A stretch of 64,000 bases of DNA from assembly GCA_031580945.1 (NCBI GenBank), contig JAVLBT010000002.1:5016-69015 (forward strand), written 5' to 3'. Shown one piece after another: positions 49,712 to 59,832 of this stretch. The notes beneath the pieces were generated by a model. That model worked only from the letters and a program-made list of their open reading frames with translations, ran no database searches and was not told the origin of the DNA. Numbering within the stretch: position 1 is the stretch's first letter; the number at the start of each line of letters is the position of its first letter. The DNA comes from Gracilimonas sp. (lineage in GTDB: Bacteria > Bacteroidota > Rhodothermia > Balneolales > Balneolaceae). A program made the translations under genes and the position numbers.

Positions 49712-50701
49712 TTATGCGACAGCATGAATTTCGGTCTCATCAAAGTTGAGTAGCAATTCCAGAATAGGACTCATTTCATCATGCTCCATAAGTTGCATCC
49801 GCAACTTTTTCCCGTTTCGAACCCCTTTCAAATACTGCCCGTAATGTTTTTTCATGATAATGACGCCATAGCGTTCTCCATGTTGCTGAACCGAGAGCCT
49901 GAGTTGTTCAGCACAAAGCTCTACACGTTGCCTTACACTTGGATCAGGGAGTAGCTCTCCAGTCTCCAGGTAATGTTTAGTTTGCTCAAAGATCCACGGA
50001 TTACCGATAGCTCCCCGTCCGATCATTACGCCATCTACGCCGGTTTCCTTAAACATTTTTTCAGCCAATTCAGGGGATGTAACATCTCCATTTCCAATGA
50101 TAGGGATCTCAAGACCGGGCGTATTTTTAAGTTTTTTGAGCCATTCCCAGCGGGCATCGCCTTTGTATTTTTGGGCCCGTGTTCTGGCATGAACCGTAAG
50201 GGCCTTCACGCCAAGGTTCTGAAGCATCAAGGCCACTTCTTGAATTTTGATGGTGTTATCATCCCAGCCTAATCTGGTTTTTACGGTGACAGGTCGGTCT
50301 TTTACTGCATCCACGACGGTTCCCGCCATACGTTCCATCATAGACAAATCTTTTAAGCAACCGGCTCCGGCACCCTTTTTTACGATCTTATAAACAGGAC
50401 AACCAAAATTGATATCCACAAGATCTGGATTTTGGTTTACGGCTACTTTGGCTGCGCCTTCCATCGCTTCTTCACGTCCACCAAAGATCTGTACTCCAAA
50501 GGGACGTTCCATTTCTTCAAAATCCATCTTTTGCATTGCGATATCAGAGTCACGAATAAGTGCCTCAGAACTTATAAATTCAGTAAATACAATGTCGGCT
50601 CCCTTTCGCCTGCATATTTGCCGAAACGGGGAATCTGTGACATCTTCCATGGGAGCCAGAAATAATGGTTTTTCAGGAAGTTGAATAGGACCGATGTTCA
50701 T
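49712..50701 (-). CDS. dusB: tRNA-dihydrouridine synthase DusB
   Basis: LAPMEDVT, DINFGCP, VKTRLG, HARTR, GNGD, MIGRG. Confidence 0.93.
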   Translation of the reverse strand: MNIGPIQLPEKPLFLAPMEDVTDSPFRQICRRKGADIVFTEFISSEALIRDSDIAMQKMDFEEMERPFGVQIFGGREEAMEGAAKVAVNQNPDLVDINFGCPVYKIVKKGAGAGCLKDLSMMERMAGTVVDAVKDRPVTVKTRLGWDDNTIKIQEVALMLQNLGVKALTVHARTRAQKYKGDARWEWLKKLKNTPGLEIPIIGNGDVTSPELAEKMFKETGVDGVMIGRGAIGNPWIFEQTKHYLETGELLPDPSVRQRVELCAEQLRLSVQQHGERYGVIIMKKHYGQYLKGVRNGKKLRMQLMEHDEMSPILELLLNFDETEIHAVA

Positions 50702-50792
50702 AAATAAATGGTGTAATTTTTTAAAATAATTAGCTAAAGATACAGCTTTTATGATGTTTTTTGAGATCTAATACAATTCGTTTTATAAATAT

Positions 50793-50821
50793 AAAAAGCC
50801 ACGAAGTTTACTCCGTGGCTT
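50793..50821 (-). terminator. Terminator after hsp20
   Basis: AGCCACG-loop-CGTGGCT with an A run on the left. Confidence 0.7.
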
Positions 50822-50846
50822 CATCTTTAAGATCTATTTTCGCGTT

Positions 50847-51305
50847 TTAATTAATCTTGATCTTTTTAGCGGCTTTTTCTTTTACTTTTGGTATGGTAAT
50901 GTTTAGGACACCGTTGTCATATTTTGCAGTAATATTATCTGCATTTACTGTATCAGTTGGTAAAGGCAACGATCTGCTGAATCTACCAAAGCGACTTTCT
51001 ACTCGATGATAGCGTCTTCCGGTATCATCCTCATTCAATTTTCGCTCTCCACTGATCGTCAAGAGACCTGCGTTGAAGCTAATATCAATGTCATCTTTGT
51101 TCATTCCGGGTAGTGCAGCAGATACTTCAAATTCAGTATCGGTTTCATATACGTTCAACTCAGGAACAAATCCGGATGACCGTAATCTTGGCCAATTCAT
51201 TGCATCTTCAAACACCCCATCTATCCAATTGGATAGTTTAAGTGGTGTAGTAGTCGTTTCGTTGTCCCAAAGGGTAGGTGTATTAGAGTTTGTTCGTATT
51301 AGCAT
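50847..51305 (-). CDS. Hsp20/alpha-crystallin small heat-shock protein
   Basis: LPGMNKDDI, ESRFGRFSRSLPLP, AKYDNGVLNITIPK. Confidence 0.95.
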   Translation of the reverse strand: MLIRTNSNTPTLWDNETTTTPLKLSNWIDGVFEDAMNWPRLRSSGFVPELNVYETDTEFEVSAALPGMNKDDIDISFNAGLLTISGERKLNEDDTGRRYHRVESRFGRFSRSLPLPTDTVNADNITAKYDNGVLNITIPKVKEKAAKKIKIN

Positions 51306-51391
51306 AGGTTTTTCCTCCTTTTAAATATGGTTTTTATTTAAAGATCATAGGGTATAACCCAAGTCAACACAATGGTTGACATATTTAATGT

Positions 51392-51407
51392 TACAAATGT
51401 TGTGCCA
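51392..51407 (-). promoter_or_regulatory. Putative sigma-54 -24/-12 promoter of hsp20
   Basis: TGGCAC-AACAT-TTGTA versus consensus TGGCAC-N5-TTGCW. Confidence 0.6.
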
Positions 51408-51515
51408 TTTTAGAATAACGAAAATCTTGTATGTCATTTTTTACAACCGAGATTACAAAATGACAAACAGGTTTGAAAAAGCGTCATATAAGTTTGAAAA
51501 CCGGTGAGAGCAACT

Positions 51516-51986
51516 TTATTCTGTTGCTTGTTGTAGCTCAGTCCTCAAAGAAGAAAACCAGTCCGTTAATTTTACACGTGCTTGCTCGTTGAGTCGGGCA
51601 TCAGAATGAGTCCAAGTGTAGGAGGGAAGCGGCATTTCTTCAGCGTCAACCAGTTCAATGGCTTCTTCTAATTTATGGTCGGCCCGGTCGGGGGAATAGT
51701 CGGCCCATAGTGATAAATTTAATTCATCCCGACCTTCCTCTATATGATCCTGAAGCCACCATGACACAGGCTCAATATTTGAATACCAAGGATAATTGGT
51801 TTGATAAGAATGACAATCGTAACAGGCCGATTGTATGATCGTGGATATTTGCTGTGGAGGTTGATGAACTGTTAGAAAATCCTTTGAAGTATCATATTCA
51901 GGAACGGTAGTATCGGGGCCGAAAAATTGTAGTATGATCAAAATAAGGGCAAAGCCAAGAAGTATTTTTGAGGAAAGAGATTTCAT
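51516..51986 (-). CDS. Heme-binding domain (Haem_bd) c-type cytochrome
   Basis: ACYDCHS..YPWYS..MPLPSY..H. Confidence 0.88.
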   Translation of the reverse strand: MKSLSSKILLGFALILIILQFFGPDTTVPEYDTSKDFLTVHQPPQQISTIIQSACYDCHSYQTNYPWYSNIEPVSWWLQDHIEEGRDELNLSLWADYSPDRADHKLEEAIELVDAEEMPLPSYTWTHSDARLNEQARVKLTDWFSSLRTELQQATE

Positions 51987-52072
51987 TAGGCTCCTTTTTT
52001 TGAAATGTATTATTAAAAAGGAGAAGAAGCGTGTAAATAATTATAAATGCAGATATTTAGAAAAGGACTAAA

Positions 52073-52446
52073 TTAATATTTCACAATTTCATGCCCAAAT
52101 GGGAGCAACGCCACAGTGGGCAGTTTAAAGTGCTGCTTGGCAAAGGGAATGCTAATAATGGTGATGAATAAAATCACCCCAAAAAATAAGATGCGTGACC
52201 GCTATTCAAATTCCGCTTATGAGAATCCAAAAATATTGATAAAGAGGGAAAAGCAGCCATCTGCTTTTCAGTAATGATGGTACTTTTACCAAAGGGGAAT
52301 AGGGAAAGTTTAGCCAGCTTGAAAATTTGAATTCCAAAAGGAAAACCAATGATAGTAAGGCACAGAATTACGCTTGAAATCAGATATTCTACGGCTAAAA
52401 CAAGGCCACAAAAAAAGAACCAAACAATGTTCCCAGTGGTACTCAT
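52073..52446 (-). pseudogene. YccF-family membrane protein, disrupted
   Basis: First repeat LTIIGFPFG..LFPFG intact; second repeat (ITIISIPFAKQHFKL..LLPFGHEIVK) out of frame, with frameshifts and a TGA at a probable Trp codon. Confidence 0.8.
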
Positions 52447-52460
52447 GGCAGAGTGCTGAT

Positions 52461-52498
52461 AAAAAAAAGAGATACAGCTTTAACGAATGTATCTCTTT
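52461..52498 (-). terminator. Terminator after the DUF302 gene
   Basis: AAGAGATACA-loop-TGTATCTCTT with A8 on the left. Confidence 0.75.
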
Positions 52499-52531
52499 GA
52501 AAACAAAGTAGCAGGTTATTTTAGTAATTAT

Positions 52532-52918
52532 TTATAATTGGTCAATCACTTTCTTTAGCATTTTGCGGACAGTATCTGCTACTTCACCAAGCTCATTATT
52601 GTTGATTGCTTGCATAGAGGCAACAGGATCAACGGCCGAAACTTCCACTCTTCCATCCTCATGTTCCTGAACAATCACATTGCAAGGTAACATTAAACCA
52701 ATATGGCCTTCAGCTTGTAAAGCTTTATAGGCATTAGGTGGATTACAAGCACCCAAAATGTGATAATTTCTAAAGTTGACATCCAGCTTTTTCTTGAGAG
52801 TTTCCTTAATGTCGATCTCAGTGAGCACACCAAAACCTTCCTCTTTTAATATGGCGGTAGTTTTTTCGATAGCTTCATTAAAGCCAACATCTAATGTTTT
52901 ACTAAAGTGGTATGACAT
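52532..52918 (-). CDS. DUF302 domain protein
   Basis: EGFGVLTEID..ILGACNP..IGLMLPCNV. Confidence 0.9.
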   Translation of the reverse strand: MSYHFSKTLDVGFNEAIEKTTAILKEEGFGVLTEIDIKETLKKKLDVNFRNYHILGACNPPNAYKALQAEGHIGLMLPCNVIVQEHEDGRVEVSAVDPVASMQAINNNELGEVADTVRKMLKKVIDQL

Positions 52919-52973
52919 AGGGATTATGATTTAAAAATTGTTGATTATAGATTCCTTTAACGACGTAATGCAT

Positions 52974-53468
52974 TCAATGCTTGTGGGCATACGATGAATA
53001 CATCCAGACAAGTTTCTCTTGTTCAGTAATGTAATCACTCATCATTGCGTTGGTTCCTTCGTCGTCTGCATTATCTGAAAGATCAAGGATTTCTCGTTGC
53101 AATGTTATCAACGCTTTGAAGGCGTTCAAAATTTCATCCACGGCTTTTTCTCCATCGGTAACTTTTAGGCTTTCCTTGATCAAGGATTTAGAGACGTATT
53201 CTGAGTATCGGTGCTCTGGCGAAAAGCCAAGGGTGAGTATACGCTCTGCTACATCGTCAATCTTTACAAACAGATCGTTGTACAGTTCCTCAAATTTGAG
53301 GTGAAGCTCAAAAAAGCTTTTCCCTTTAATGTTCCAGTGATATCCTCTTGTATTTTGATAGAAAACGGTATAACTGGCTAAAAGTACACCAAGTTTTTCG
53401 GATAGTTTTTTAGATTTCTCTTTGTCTAAACCAATGTTATTTAACGTACTCATTGTCTTTTCTCTCAT
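52974..53468 (-). CDS. dps: Dps ferritin-like DNA protection protein
   Basis: YHWNIKG..FFELHLKFEELY..DDVAERI..QEKLVWM. Confidence 0.95.
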   Translation of the reverse strand: MREKTMSTLNNIGLDKEKSKKLSEKLGVLLASYTVFYQNTRGYHWNIKGKSFFELHLKFEELYNDLFVKIDDVAERILTLGFSPEHRYSEYVSKSLIKESLKVTDGEKAVDEILNAFKALITLQREILDLSDNADDEGTNAMMSDYITEQEKLVWMYSSYAHKH

Positions 53469-53473
53469 TTATG

Positions 53474-53929
53474 TTAATGTAATGCTGCAACTACTATTTC
53501 AGGCTTCAGCTTTATTTCTGTTTTGATGGACCGGGTGATGAGGCAGGCTTGTTCTGCTTTTTGTAAAATTTTCAGTGCTTTATCTTTTTGATCTTCATCT
53601 GTGATTATCAACTTTGGCTGTAATAAAATTTCAGTCATGGCAAATTTTCCAGACTCGTTATTCATAACGCCAGTTGCGGGTACAGTCAGTTCTTCGAATT
53701 TAAGTTTCGAATATTCAGCAATTGCAGTAAATGTGGTCATGAAACAACTGCTGACAGACGCAATGAAAAGATGCTCAGGACTCCAAATTCCTTCTACACC
53801 TCCGGGAAACTCAGGTGGAGTAGCAACTTCTATAGTATCACTCAGTTTGTAGGACTTTAGGGTACCTTTTCGGTCGCCGTCCCATTTCAGTTCAACATTG
53901 TAATTATGTTCTACTAATTTGGCCATCAC
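53474..53929 (-). CDS. OsmC family protein
   Basis: TPPEFPGG..WSPEHL..SSCFMTTF..ACLITRS. Confidence 0.9.
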   Translation of the reverse strand: MMAKLVEHNYNVELKWDGDRKGTLKSYKLSDTIEVATPPEFPGGVEGIWSPEHLFIASVSSCFMTTFTAIAEYSKLKFEELTVPATGVMNNESGKFAMTEILLQPKLIITDEDQKDKALKILQKAEQACLITRSIKTEIKLKPEIVVAALH

Positions 53930-54249
53930 TGCTCCAGCTTTTGTTCAATGATCTGTTTTAGTTGTGGCATCTGTACTACACCAGCTTGTTGCCAGAGTAA
54001 TTGTCCTTTATGAAACAGGATCAGATTTGGGATACCCCGAACCTGATATTTGATAGCCACATCGGGATTACGTTCAGTATCAATTTTGATAATGTTCAGA
54101 TTGTCGCCCATTTCACTTTTAAGTTGTTGTAAAATTGGTGTCATCATCTTGCAGGGTGCACACCAATCCGCATAGAAATCTACCAGGACCGGTGTGTCAT
54201 CATTGATGATATCGTTGAATGATTTTTTTGTTGTTTCAGCTTGTGCCAT
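53926..54249 (-). CDS. trxA: Thioredoxin
   Basis: DFYADWCAPCK. Confidence 0.93.
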   Translation of the reverse strand: MAQAETTKKSFNDIINDDTPVLVDFYADWCAPCKMMTPILQQLKSEMGDNLNIIKIDTERNPDVAIKYQVRGIPNLILFHKGQLLWQQAGVVQMPQLKQIIEQKLEQ

Positions 54250-54255
54250 GTTCTT

Positions 54256-54504
54256 TTACTTAACCTCAGTAAATTTGATTTCAGATTTTTCATTTTTCGA
54301 TAATTCCTGTTGCTGGGGAATTCCACAGGATTGCGCTACCATACAACCGGTATTAGTAACGGCTTGAAAGAAAAAAAATACACTTAAAAAGCCAGTTAAA
54401 ATATCCTGATACCAAAGGGCCATCACAGCCAGAAAAATTCCAGCCATTAAGGCTACCCACCGCATAGTGTGCCAGTTTGTAAAAAGTTTTGCTTTCGTAT
54501 TCAT
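54256..54504 (-). CDS. Small membrane protein (DUF2892/YgaP-like)
   Basis: Two TM segments, QAVTNTGC..SC. Confidence 0.6.
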   Translation of the reverse strand: MNTKAKLFTNWHTMRWVALMAGIFLAVMALWYQDILTGFLSVFFFFQAVTNTGCMVAQSCGIPQQQELSKNEKSEIKFTEVK

Positions 54505-54593
54505 ATTCTTATCAGTAGATACTGTTTAATTGTGAAGAGCATATTAAATGGATTTTGAATAGAGCAGATAGTTGTTATAACAAGTTACAACAT

Positions 54594-54784
54594 CCACACG
54601 ATCCTCCCCACAAGTATCGAAAAAATTCGTTCTTACCGTCCCTCCATAGGGACACAGGTTCTTGGAATTTATGACAAAGTTTGCTTGAGAAAAGATTATT
54701 CACTCTGGCAAGAATCGGTCTCTCTTTGGAGAGAGACCGATTTCAGCTTTGTCCCGAATTCTCGGGAAGAGAGGACCGTGGTGG
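54594..54784. repeat. Dispersed palindromic repeat, copy C
   Basis: CCTCCATAGGGACACAGGTTCTT..TGGCAAGAA..GTCTCTCTTTGGAGAGAG..TTTGTCCCGA..TCGGGAAGAGAGGAC, closely matching copy A. Confidence 0.8.
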
Positions 54785-54802
54785 ATTAAGCCCAAAATCC
54801 CA

Positions 54803-57019
54803 TCAAAAATTATAACTAAATGATACCATCACATTTCGTCCGGCTTCAGGGATATTTCCAATACTGGTGTGGGTGTGATAATAATGATCCATGATATTAT
54901 TCAGGCTGACTATAGAAGAGAGCGAATTATTCAGCCAGTTACGTTCCCATGTCACATTTAAAATCGCATATGCCTCGGTATTATCTTCTATAGACATTGT
55001 TTCGGCGATCCTGTTTTGAGCTGCAGCCCATTCTAACTCGGTCATCCACATATTATTATTATAGTGAATATGGACCATGCTATTCCCTTTTAAAGGTGGA
55101 ATGAGTGGAAGTGGTTCTCCCCATGTTTGATTTTGTGCATAGAGGTAAGAAATACGATTTTCAAAACTAAAGACATGTGTGAAGTTATTCAGCATGCGAA
55201 ATTCACCGCCTGAAATTGTTGCATCTCCCACATTAGCATATCTTTTGAACTGGAAGTCATTACTGCTTACATCCTCAGCAATAACACCGTCAATATAATT
55301 GAAATACTGTTTATGAAATAAAGATAAGGTGAACGAATGATTGTCTGTTTCCCATGTGGCATTTATATCTGTATTCAAGGATCGTTCGGTGTTGAGCCAG
55401 GGATTTCCATCGTAGAAAAACCCATCGGTGTAATTGTAGATGTAATGGCCAAAAAGCTCCATATGATTACCCATTCGTTCGGAATACACCAGACTGCCTG
55501 TTATATTCCAACGGTCATTTAGTATCCAAAGTGAACTCAATGACCCGGAGAGTAAAGTTTTTTGCCGTGTGTTAACATTTCTGCCGTACACCCCTTCAAA
55601 AAAAGATGCAAATCTGTCACTACTGGTACCAATGCTTTTAAATGAAATACTTTCTTCAATTTTTATCAGGAATGATTCAGATAGCCGAATTTGATGTTTT
55701 AGTCCAAATCCCAGGTTTCTGGTTTCAACATCGTCCAGGTTATAGATGTACATATCTTCAATGGTTGGATATATACTGATCATCTCCATATCTCCAAAAG
55801 CATTGGAAGAAAACCCATTCAAAAACCATTCAAATGAATGATCTAAAACTTTTGCCTTGCCATTCATTCTGGCACCAAATGTTTTTGTGGTGCCGTACAT
55901 TGGCATATTCATACCCTGCATCACCTCTCGGCTTGCAACGTCTCGGTCTTCATCATCCATCCAGTGTCTGATCAGATTGGCATAGATCTGAATTTTTGAA
56001 AATCTGAAATCGCTGTTTGTTGGTCCAAAATTGAATTGAATCTGTCCGATGTCAGCAAGGGCTTTTGTAGCATCCATCAACAGGGCTGGATATCCGACAT
56101 CGTAAGCTTTATCAGTAATATAGTTTGCTTCGATCGTATGATCGGAAGGCAAAGTATGCTTATAACTGAGATTGAGGTTTAATTTTTCATATTGTGTATT
56201 ATCAATTTGCGAGTTATTACCAGCTGTAAAATCATCAGCTTTCTTATAACTGCCCGAGAACCGAAACGCATTCCGTTTCGCAGCGTCTGATGTATTTCCA
56301 GTAATATTGAGTGTTCTGTAGTTATCCGGGAAACGGTAAGCAGAGCTGATTTCCATTGAAAAAGGCGTGGATTTTGCCCGCTGAGTCACCAGGTCTACCG
56401 TGCTAAGTCCTGAACCATTTTGTGCTACACCAGATCCACTTTTATCAATATCTAATTGAGAAAGATTATTGGTTTCTATGTAAGAAGTAATGGGGTCCAT
56501 TTTATCGACACAAGCTTTAAAAACCTGCATTCCATCGATCGTAAGGTTCATTCGCTGGTCACTTTGACCGCGTATTACTGGTTCCCAGGCAAATGCACCA
56601 CGCTTATTGGTTGAAATACCATCAATATTATCCAAAAACTGATCCATGCCTTGAGTGGAATTCTGTTGATGATAGGCATGGACATTGGTTTCCCCATCGG
56701 AATGGGCAACCACTAAAAGTTCTTTTTGGTCCCGAAATATCTGTGAAGAAAGGTAAACAATTTGGGTTTTGTCGTTTAGGTGGACCTCTTTTGAAGAATA
56801 TCCAATAGCTGATATAAATACATGTGCATGTTTTGCTGTATCTATTTTGAAATATCCATCCACATTAGTGACTGCAAGTACGGTGTTTGAATGCCCTTTA
56901 ACATGGGCGCCCGCTATTGGCTGTTCAGTAGTCATGTCTACCACTTGAACAGAAATATCCTGTGCGAGTATTGGTTCAACCCATATTATGAATGCGAAAA
57001 AGAATATTAGTTTTTTCAT
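54803..57019 (-). CDS. TonB-dependent receptor, OprC-like (copper) candidate
   Basis: Plug KACVDKMDP (CxxxM), Met-rich segments HWMD and MQGMNMPM, C-terminal GRNVMVSFSYNF. Confidence 0.8.
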   Translation of the reverse strand: MKKLIFFFAFIIWVEPILAQDISVQVVDMTTEQPIAGAHVKGHSNTVLAVTNVDGYFKIDTAKHAHVFISAIGYSSKEVHLNDKTQIVYLSSQIFRDQKELLVVAHSDGETNVHAYHQQNSTQGMDQFLDNIDGISTNKRGAFAWEPVIRGQSDQRMNLTIDGMQVFKACVDKMDPITSYIETNNLSQLDIDKSGSGVAQNGSGLSTVDLVTQRAKSTPFSMEISSAYRFPDNYRTLNITGNTSDAAKRNAFRFSGSYKKADDFTAGNNSQIDNTQYEKLNLNLSYKHTLPSDHTIEANYITDKAYDVGYPALLMDATKALADIGQIQFNFGPTNSDFRFSKIQIYANLIRHWMDDEDRDVASREVMQGMNMPMYGTTKTFGARMNGKAKVLDHSFEWFLNGFSSNAFGDMEMISIYPTIEDMYIYNLDDVETRNLGFGLKHQIRLSESFLIKIEESISFKSIGTSSDRFASFFEGVYGRNVNTRQKTLLSGSLSSLWILNDRWNITGSLVYSERMGNHMELFGHYIYNYTDGFFYDGNPWLNTERSLNTDINATWETDNHSFTLSLFHKQYFNYIDGVIAEDVSSNDFQFKRYANVGDATISGGEFRMLNNFTHVFSFENRISYLYAQNQTWGEPLPLIPPLKGNSMVHIHYNNNMWMTELEWAAAQNRIAETMSIEDNTEAYAILNVTWERNWLNNSLSSIVSLNNIMDHYYHTHTSIGNIPEAGRNVMVSFSYNF

Positions 57020-57115
57020 GACACTAAGCCGTTTTTCTGATACTCGGAAAATAATTATTTAAAAAATGATCACTGCAAGGAACTATTGGCCCTTGCAGCA
57101 ATCTGTCAATTTATT

Positions 57116-57922
57116 TTATTCAGCGCGGACACTGTATTCAAATACCACTTCAGGTAGCGTATCGTTTTCTGCGATTAATTCTACTGAGGTGGTCCATGTT
57201 CCACTCATACTGTAATTGATCGAACCTTCATAATATCCATTTTGGGTAGCTTCGGGATTGCTGAATTCAGTTGAGTGTCCATTTCCACCACCCATATCCA
57301 TGTAAGGGTAAATCGACATTTTGAGATCATCAACGGCTGGAAAACTCATCATGGATTCTCTTGTATGGACCAAGAATTTGAGATCATTTTCACCCGTTAC
57401 AGGGGTTTTGGGTTCATGCCAGGTAATAAAATATACATTGTCATTTTTGTCCTGAACACTGGTCAACCTCCATGATGATGCCACATCGATGGGTATGCTG
57501 CCAGAGATGACCTCCTCGTTTTGAAGAGTAGCCTCAAAGTTTAATGACCAGGAGCCCATCATCCCTCCGGGCATAATGAATACCACCATATTATTGAAAT
57601 AACGCCCATCTTCTTCTGCTATTTGTGGTTTTGTATAGGGAGTTGAATGCATCATTTCCCCCATATCCATCATAGGAGTGATGGAGATGGATTGAGGTTT
57701 AATAATCTCACCATCCTGCTCGATCTTCCAGTATAGTTCATTTGAGCCGGTTTCCAGCTCTTTTTCAGATTCTACAGAAACAGCATATCCATCAACGGTA
57801 ACAGAGTTTATGGGTATTAAGTCTAACTGAGGTTCAGAGTTGTCTGTAGTGTCGCACGAATTGGCAGCAAATACCAGAACTGCCATAGCCATAATTAGGC
57901 CAAATGGTTTTAGCTTAGTCAT
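57116..57922 (-). CDS. Met/His-rich YtkA/FixH-like lipoprotein
   Basis: Lipobox ANSC; PMMDMGEMMHSTP, PYMDMGGGNGHS, NYSMSGTW. Confidence 0.75.
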   Translation of the reverse strand: MTKLKPFGLIMAMAVLVFAANSCDTTDNSEPQLDLIPINSVTVDGYAVSVESEKELETGSNELYWKIEQDGEIIKPQSISITPMMDMGEMMHSTPYTKPQIAEEDGRYFNNMVVFIMPGGMMGSWSLNFEATLQNEEVISGSIPIDVASSWRLTSVQDKNDNVYFITWHEPKTPVTGENDLKFLVHTRESMMSFPAVDDLKMSIYPYMDMGGGNGHSTEFSNPEATQNGYYEGSINYSMSGTWTTSVELIAENDTLPEVVFEYSVRAE

Positions 57923-57997
57923 AATGATATTGTGATAATTAGTTTTGTTTAAGATTAGTAAATAAGGTTCAAAAGAACCTCGGGCGGGGCAACAAAA

Positions 57998-58438
57998 CTA
58001 AGCTCGCGGTGGGCGTAAGAGGTCGGGTACTATTCCAGAAGGCAATTTATAATCATCTGCAGGTTCAACTAAATTAATAGCAGGGGGAGACCATCGTATG
58101 GTTTCATCAAATTCAGCTGCATTAAAATTGGTGACTGGGATCAAGATTTGTAATGAATTTCCACTGCTTGAATGTGGGTTGGTGTAATAACAGAAAGAAC
58201 CGTGATGGTCATCTTTATGCTCTGTGTTATGCTGTAATTCATTATGATGGCAGGTGCAAATTTTTTCGCCTTCTTCCACTTCACAGGTGCAAAGTGCTAT
58301 TTCACAATGTGCTTTTTCGTGATGTTTGTGTGCGTGATTAAGTACCAGTCCAAAACCCAACCATCCTACAATATTCCATAACAAAACCGCTATCACGGCT
58401 ACATTTATAAATCTGTAATAAGAATTCTGTGGTCTCAT
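57998..58438 (-). CDS. Cys/His-rich membrane-anchored leader-type protein ending LRPPRA
   Basis: N-terminal TM, HAHKHH..HCEIALCTC..CTCHH, C-terminal RPPRA. Confidence 0.7.
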   Translation of the reverse strand: MRPQNSYYRFINVAVIAVLLWNIVGWLGFGLVLNHAHKHHEKAHCEIALCTCEVEEGEKICTCHHNELQHNTEHKDDHHGSFCYYTNPHSSSGNSLQILIPVTNFNAAEFDETIRWSPPAINLVEPADDYKLPSGIVPDLLRPPRA

Positions 58439-58517
58439 AAGATGATTACAATTTTATACCGATACTAAGATATAAAAGCTTGCAAATAGATAATAGTCGT
58501 AAAAAGTAATAAAATGT

Positions 58518-59036
58518 TTATACGTATAAATCCTTCTCCCCAAAGATGCCAGCAACTTTAAGTGATTGGGTCAGCACAAGTCCATACACAATATGCATTA
58601 GAAGTCCGGCAAGGATGAGCTTTCCGGGCACCCAGGTGTTAGAATAAAAGATTCCAAATGAATCGCCCGCAGCCAAGGAAACTACGGGAGAAACAACCAG
58701 TCCAGCCACAATTGAAATTAAGATTCCATAAATAATTCCCTGTACAAACCAATTTCCGGGGATGCTATTTCTGAGATAAACCACCCAAATCATGGCCAAA
58801 CCTATACCTATGATGTTGAAAGCCAGGTTTCCAAAAATGATATGATAAGGATCACCTTGATGAACATGATTAAAACTTTCGGTTAGGATGTGGCCTACAT
58901 CAATCACAGGTAAACCAATAGCACCTTGTAAAAAAGCTACCATTGCCATCATAAAAGTTGCAATAAATCCACAAACAATAGTTCGGATGAAAACAGAAGA
59001 ATTCATATGGTCACCATTTTTAGTCTGGTTTGTCAT
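58518..59036 (-). CDS. Membrane protein (DUF6789-like)
   Basis: GFIATFMMAM..DVG..HIVYGLVL; start uncertain (59006, 59036 or 59111). Confidence 0.7.
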   Translation of the reverse strand: MTNQTKNGDHMNSSVFIRTIVCGFIATFMMAMVAFLQGAIGLPVIDVGHILTESFNHVHQGDPYHIIFGNLAFNIIGIGLAMIWVVYLRNSIPGNWFVQGIIYGILISIVAGLVVSPVVSLAAGDSFGIFYSNTWVPGKLILAGLLMHIVYGLVLTQSLKVAGIFGEKDLYV

Positions 59037-59160
59037 TTGCCTCGCTTTTTCTAAGGCGATCCAAAATTGGGTTAAGTGTTTTTTAGAATTGCTTAAGAAT
59101 TCTTTTAACAAATGTAATCTTTTGGGAAGTAAGGGAAAATCGTAAATCTCAAATCATCAA

Positions 59161-59358
59161 TCAAAAATCATTAATTTCATCACAACTCTTACAGTTCAGC
59201 TCCATGCCTAACTTTGATTTTCGTCCTTCTTCAGTAACCACCCAGGGTCGCAAATGCCAAGGCGGATCATGCCGCACATGCTGAGTGTGACCACATTTCA
59301 GATCAGCCACCCAATCCCCAACGTCATCTTTGTGAAAACCAATAATAGGTTGCTTCAT
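59161..59358 (-). CDS. DUF3565 domain protein
   Basis: IIGFHKD..WVADLKCGHTQHVRHDPPW..RPWV..LNCKSCD. Confidence 0.88.
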   Translation of the reverse strand: MKQPIIGFHKDDVGDWVADLKCGHTQHVRHDPPWHLRPWVVTEEGRKSKLGMELNCKSCDEINDF

Positions 59359-59832
59359 AATAATAGCTAATGGTACATTTTGTTATGGAACACAGATGAC
59401 ACTGATAAAGCGAATAGTCGCTGATACATTCTTAAAAATCGTGGCAATCAGCCAAATCTCATCCGTGTTTATTAAATTATTTTCTTTACTGTTTCAAGCG
59501 TCCGCTTGGACCTTTAATTTAACTAATAAAACCATCTTGGGTTGCTTTAGTGCAGATTTCTCCGATTTGTTCTGCAAGTTCTGGTTCATTCATTATGATT
59601 CCATGGATTATTTAATGAAATATGTTAGACTTAATTAAAAATCATCAGCCTAAAAGCAAATACAAAAGGTTAGTCAATCAGAGATTATCAAAACGTATTG
59701 ACTGAGGAAGCACAGTTAGAGGACCAAAGTTATATATGCCTGATGATCGTTCGAAATTCAGATATAAAAATCCTGTTTTAACTGAATGCAAAAGGTTAAC
59801 TTTGAAGCTGTTCTACATGCTAAACTTTTTCT

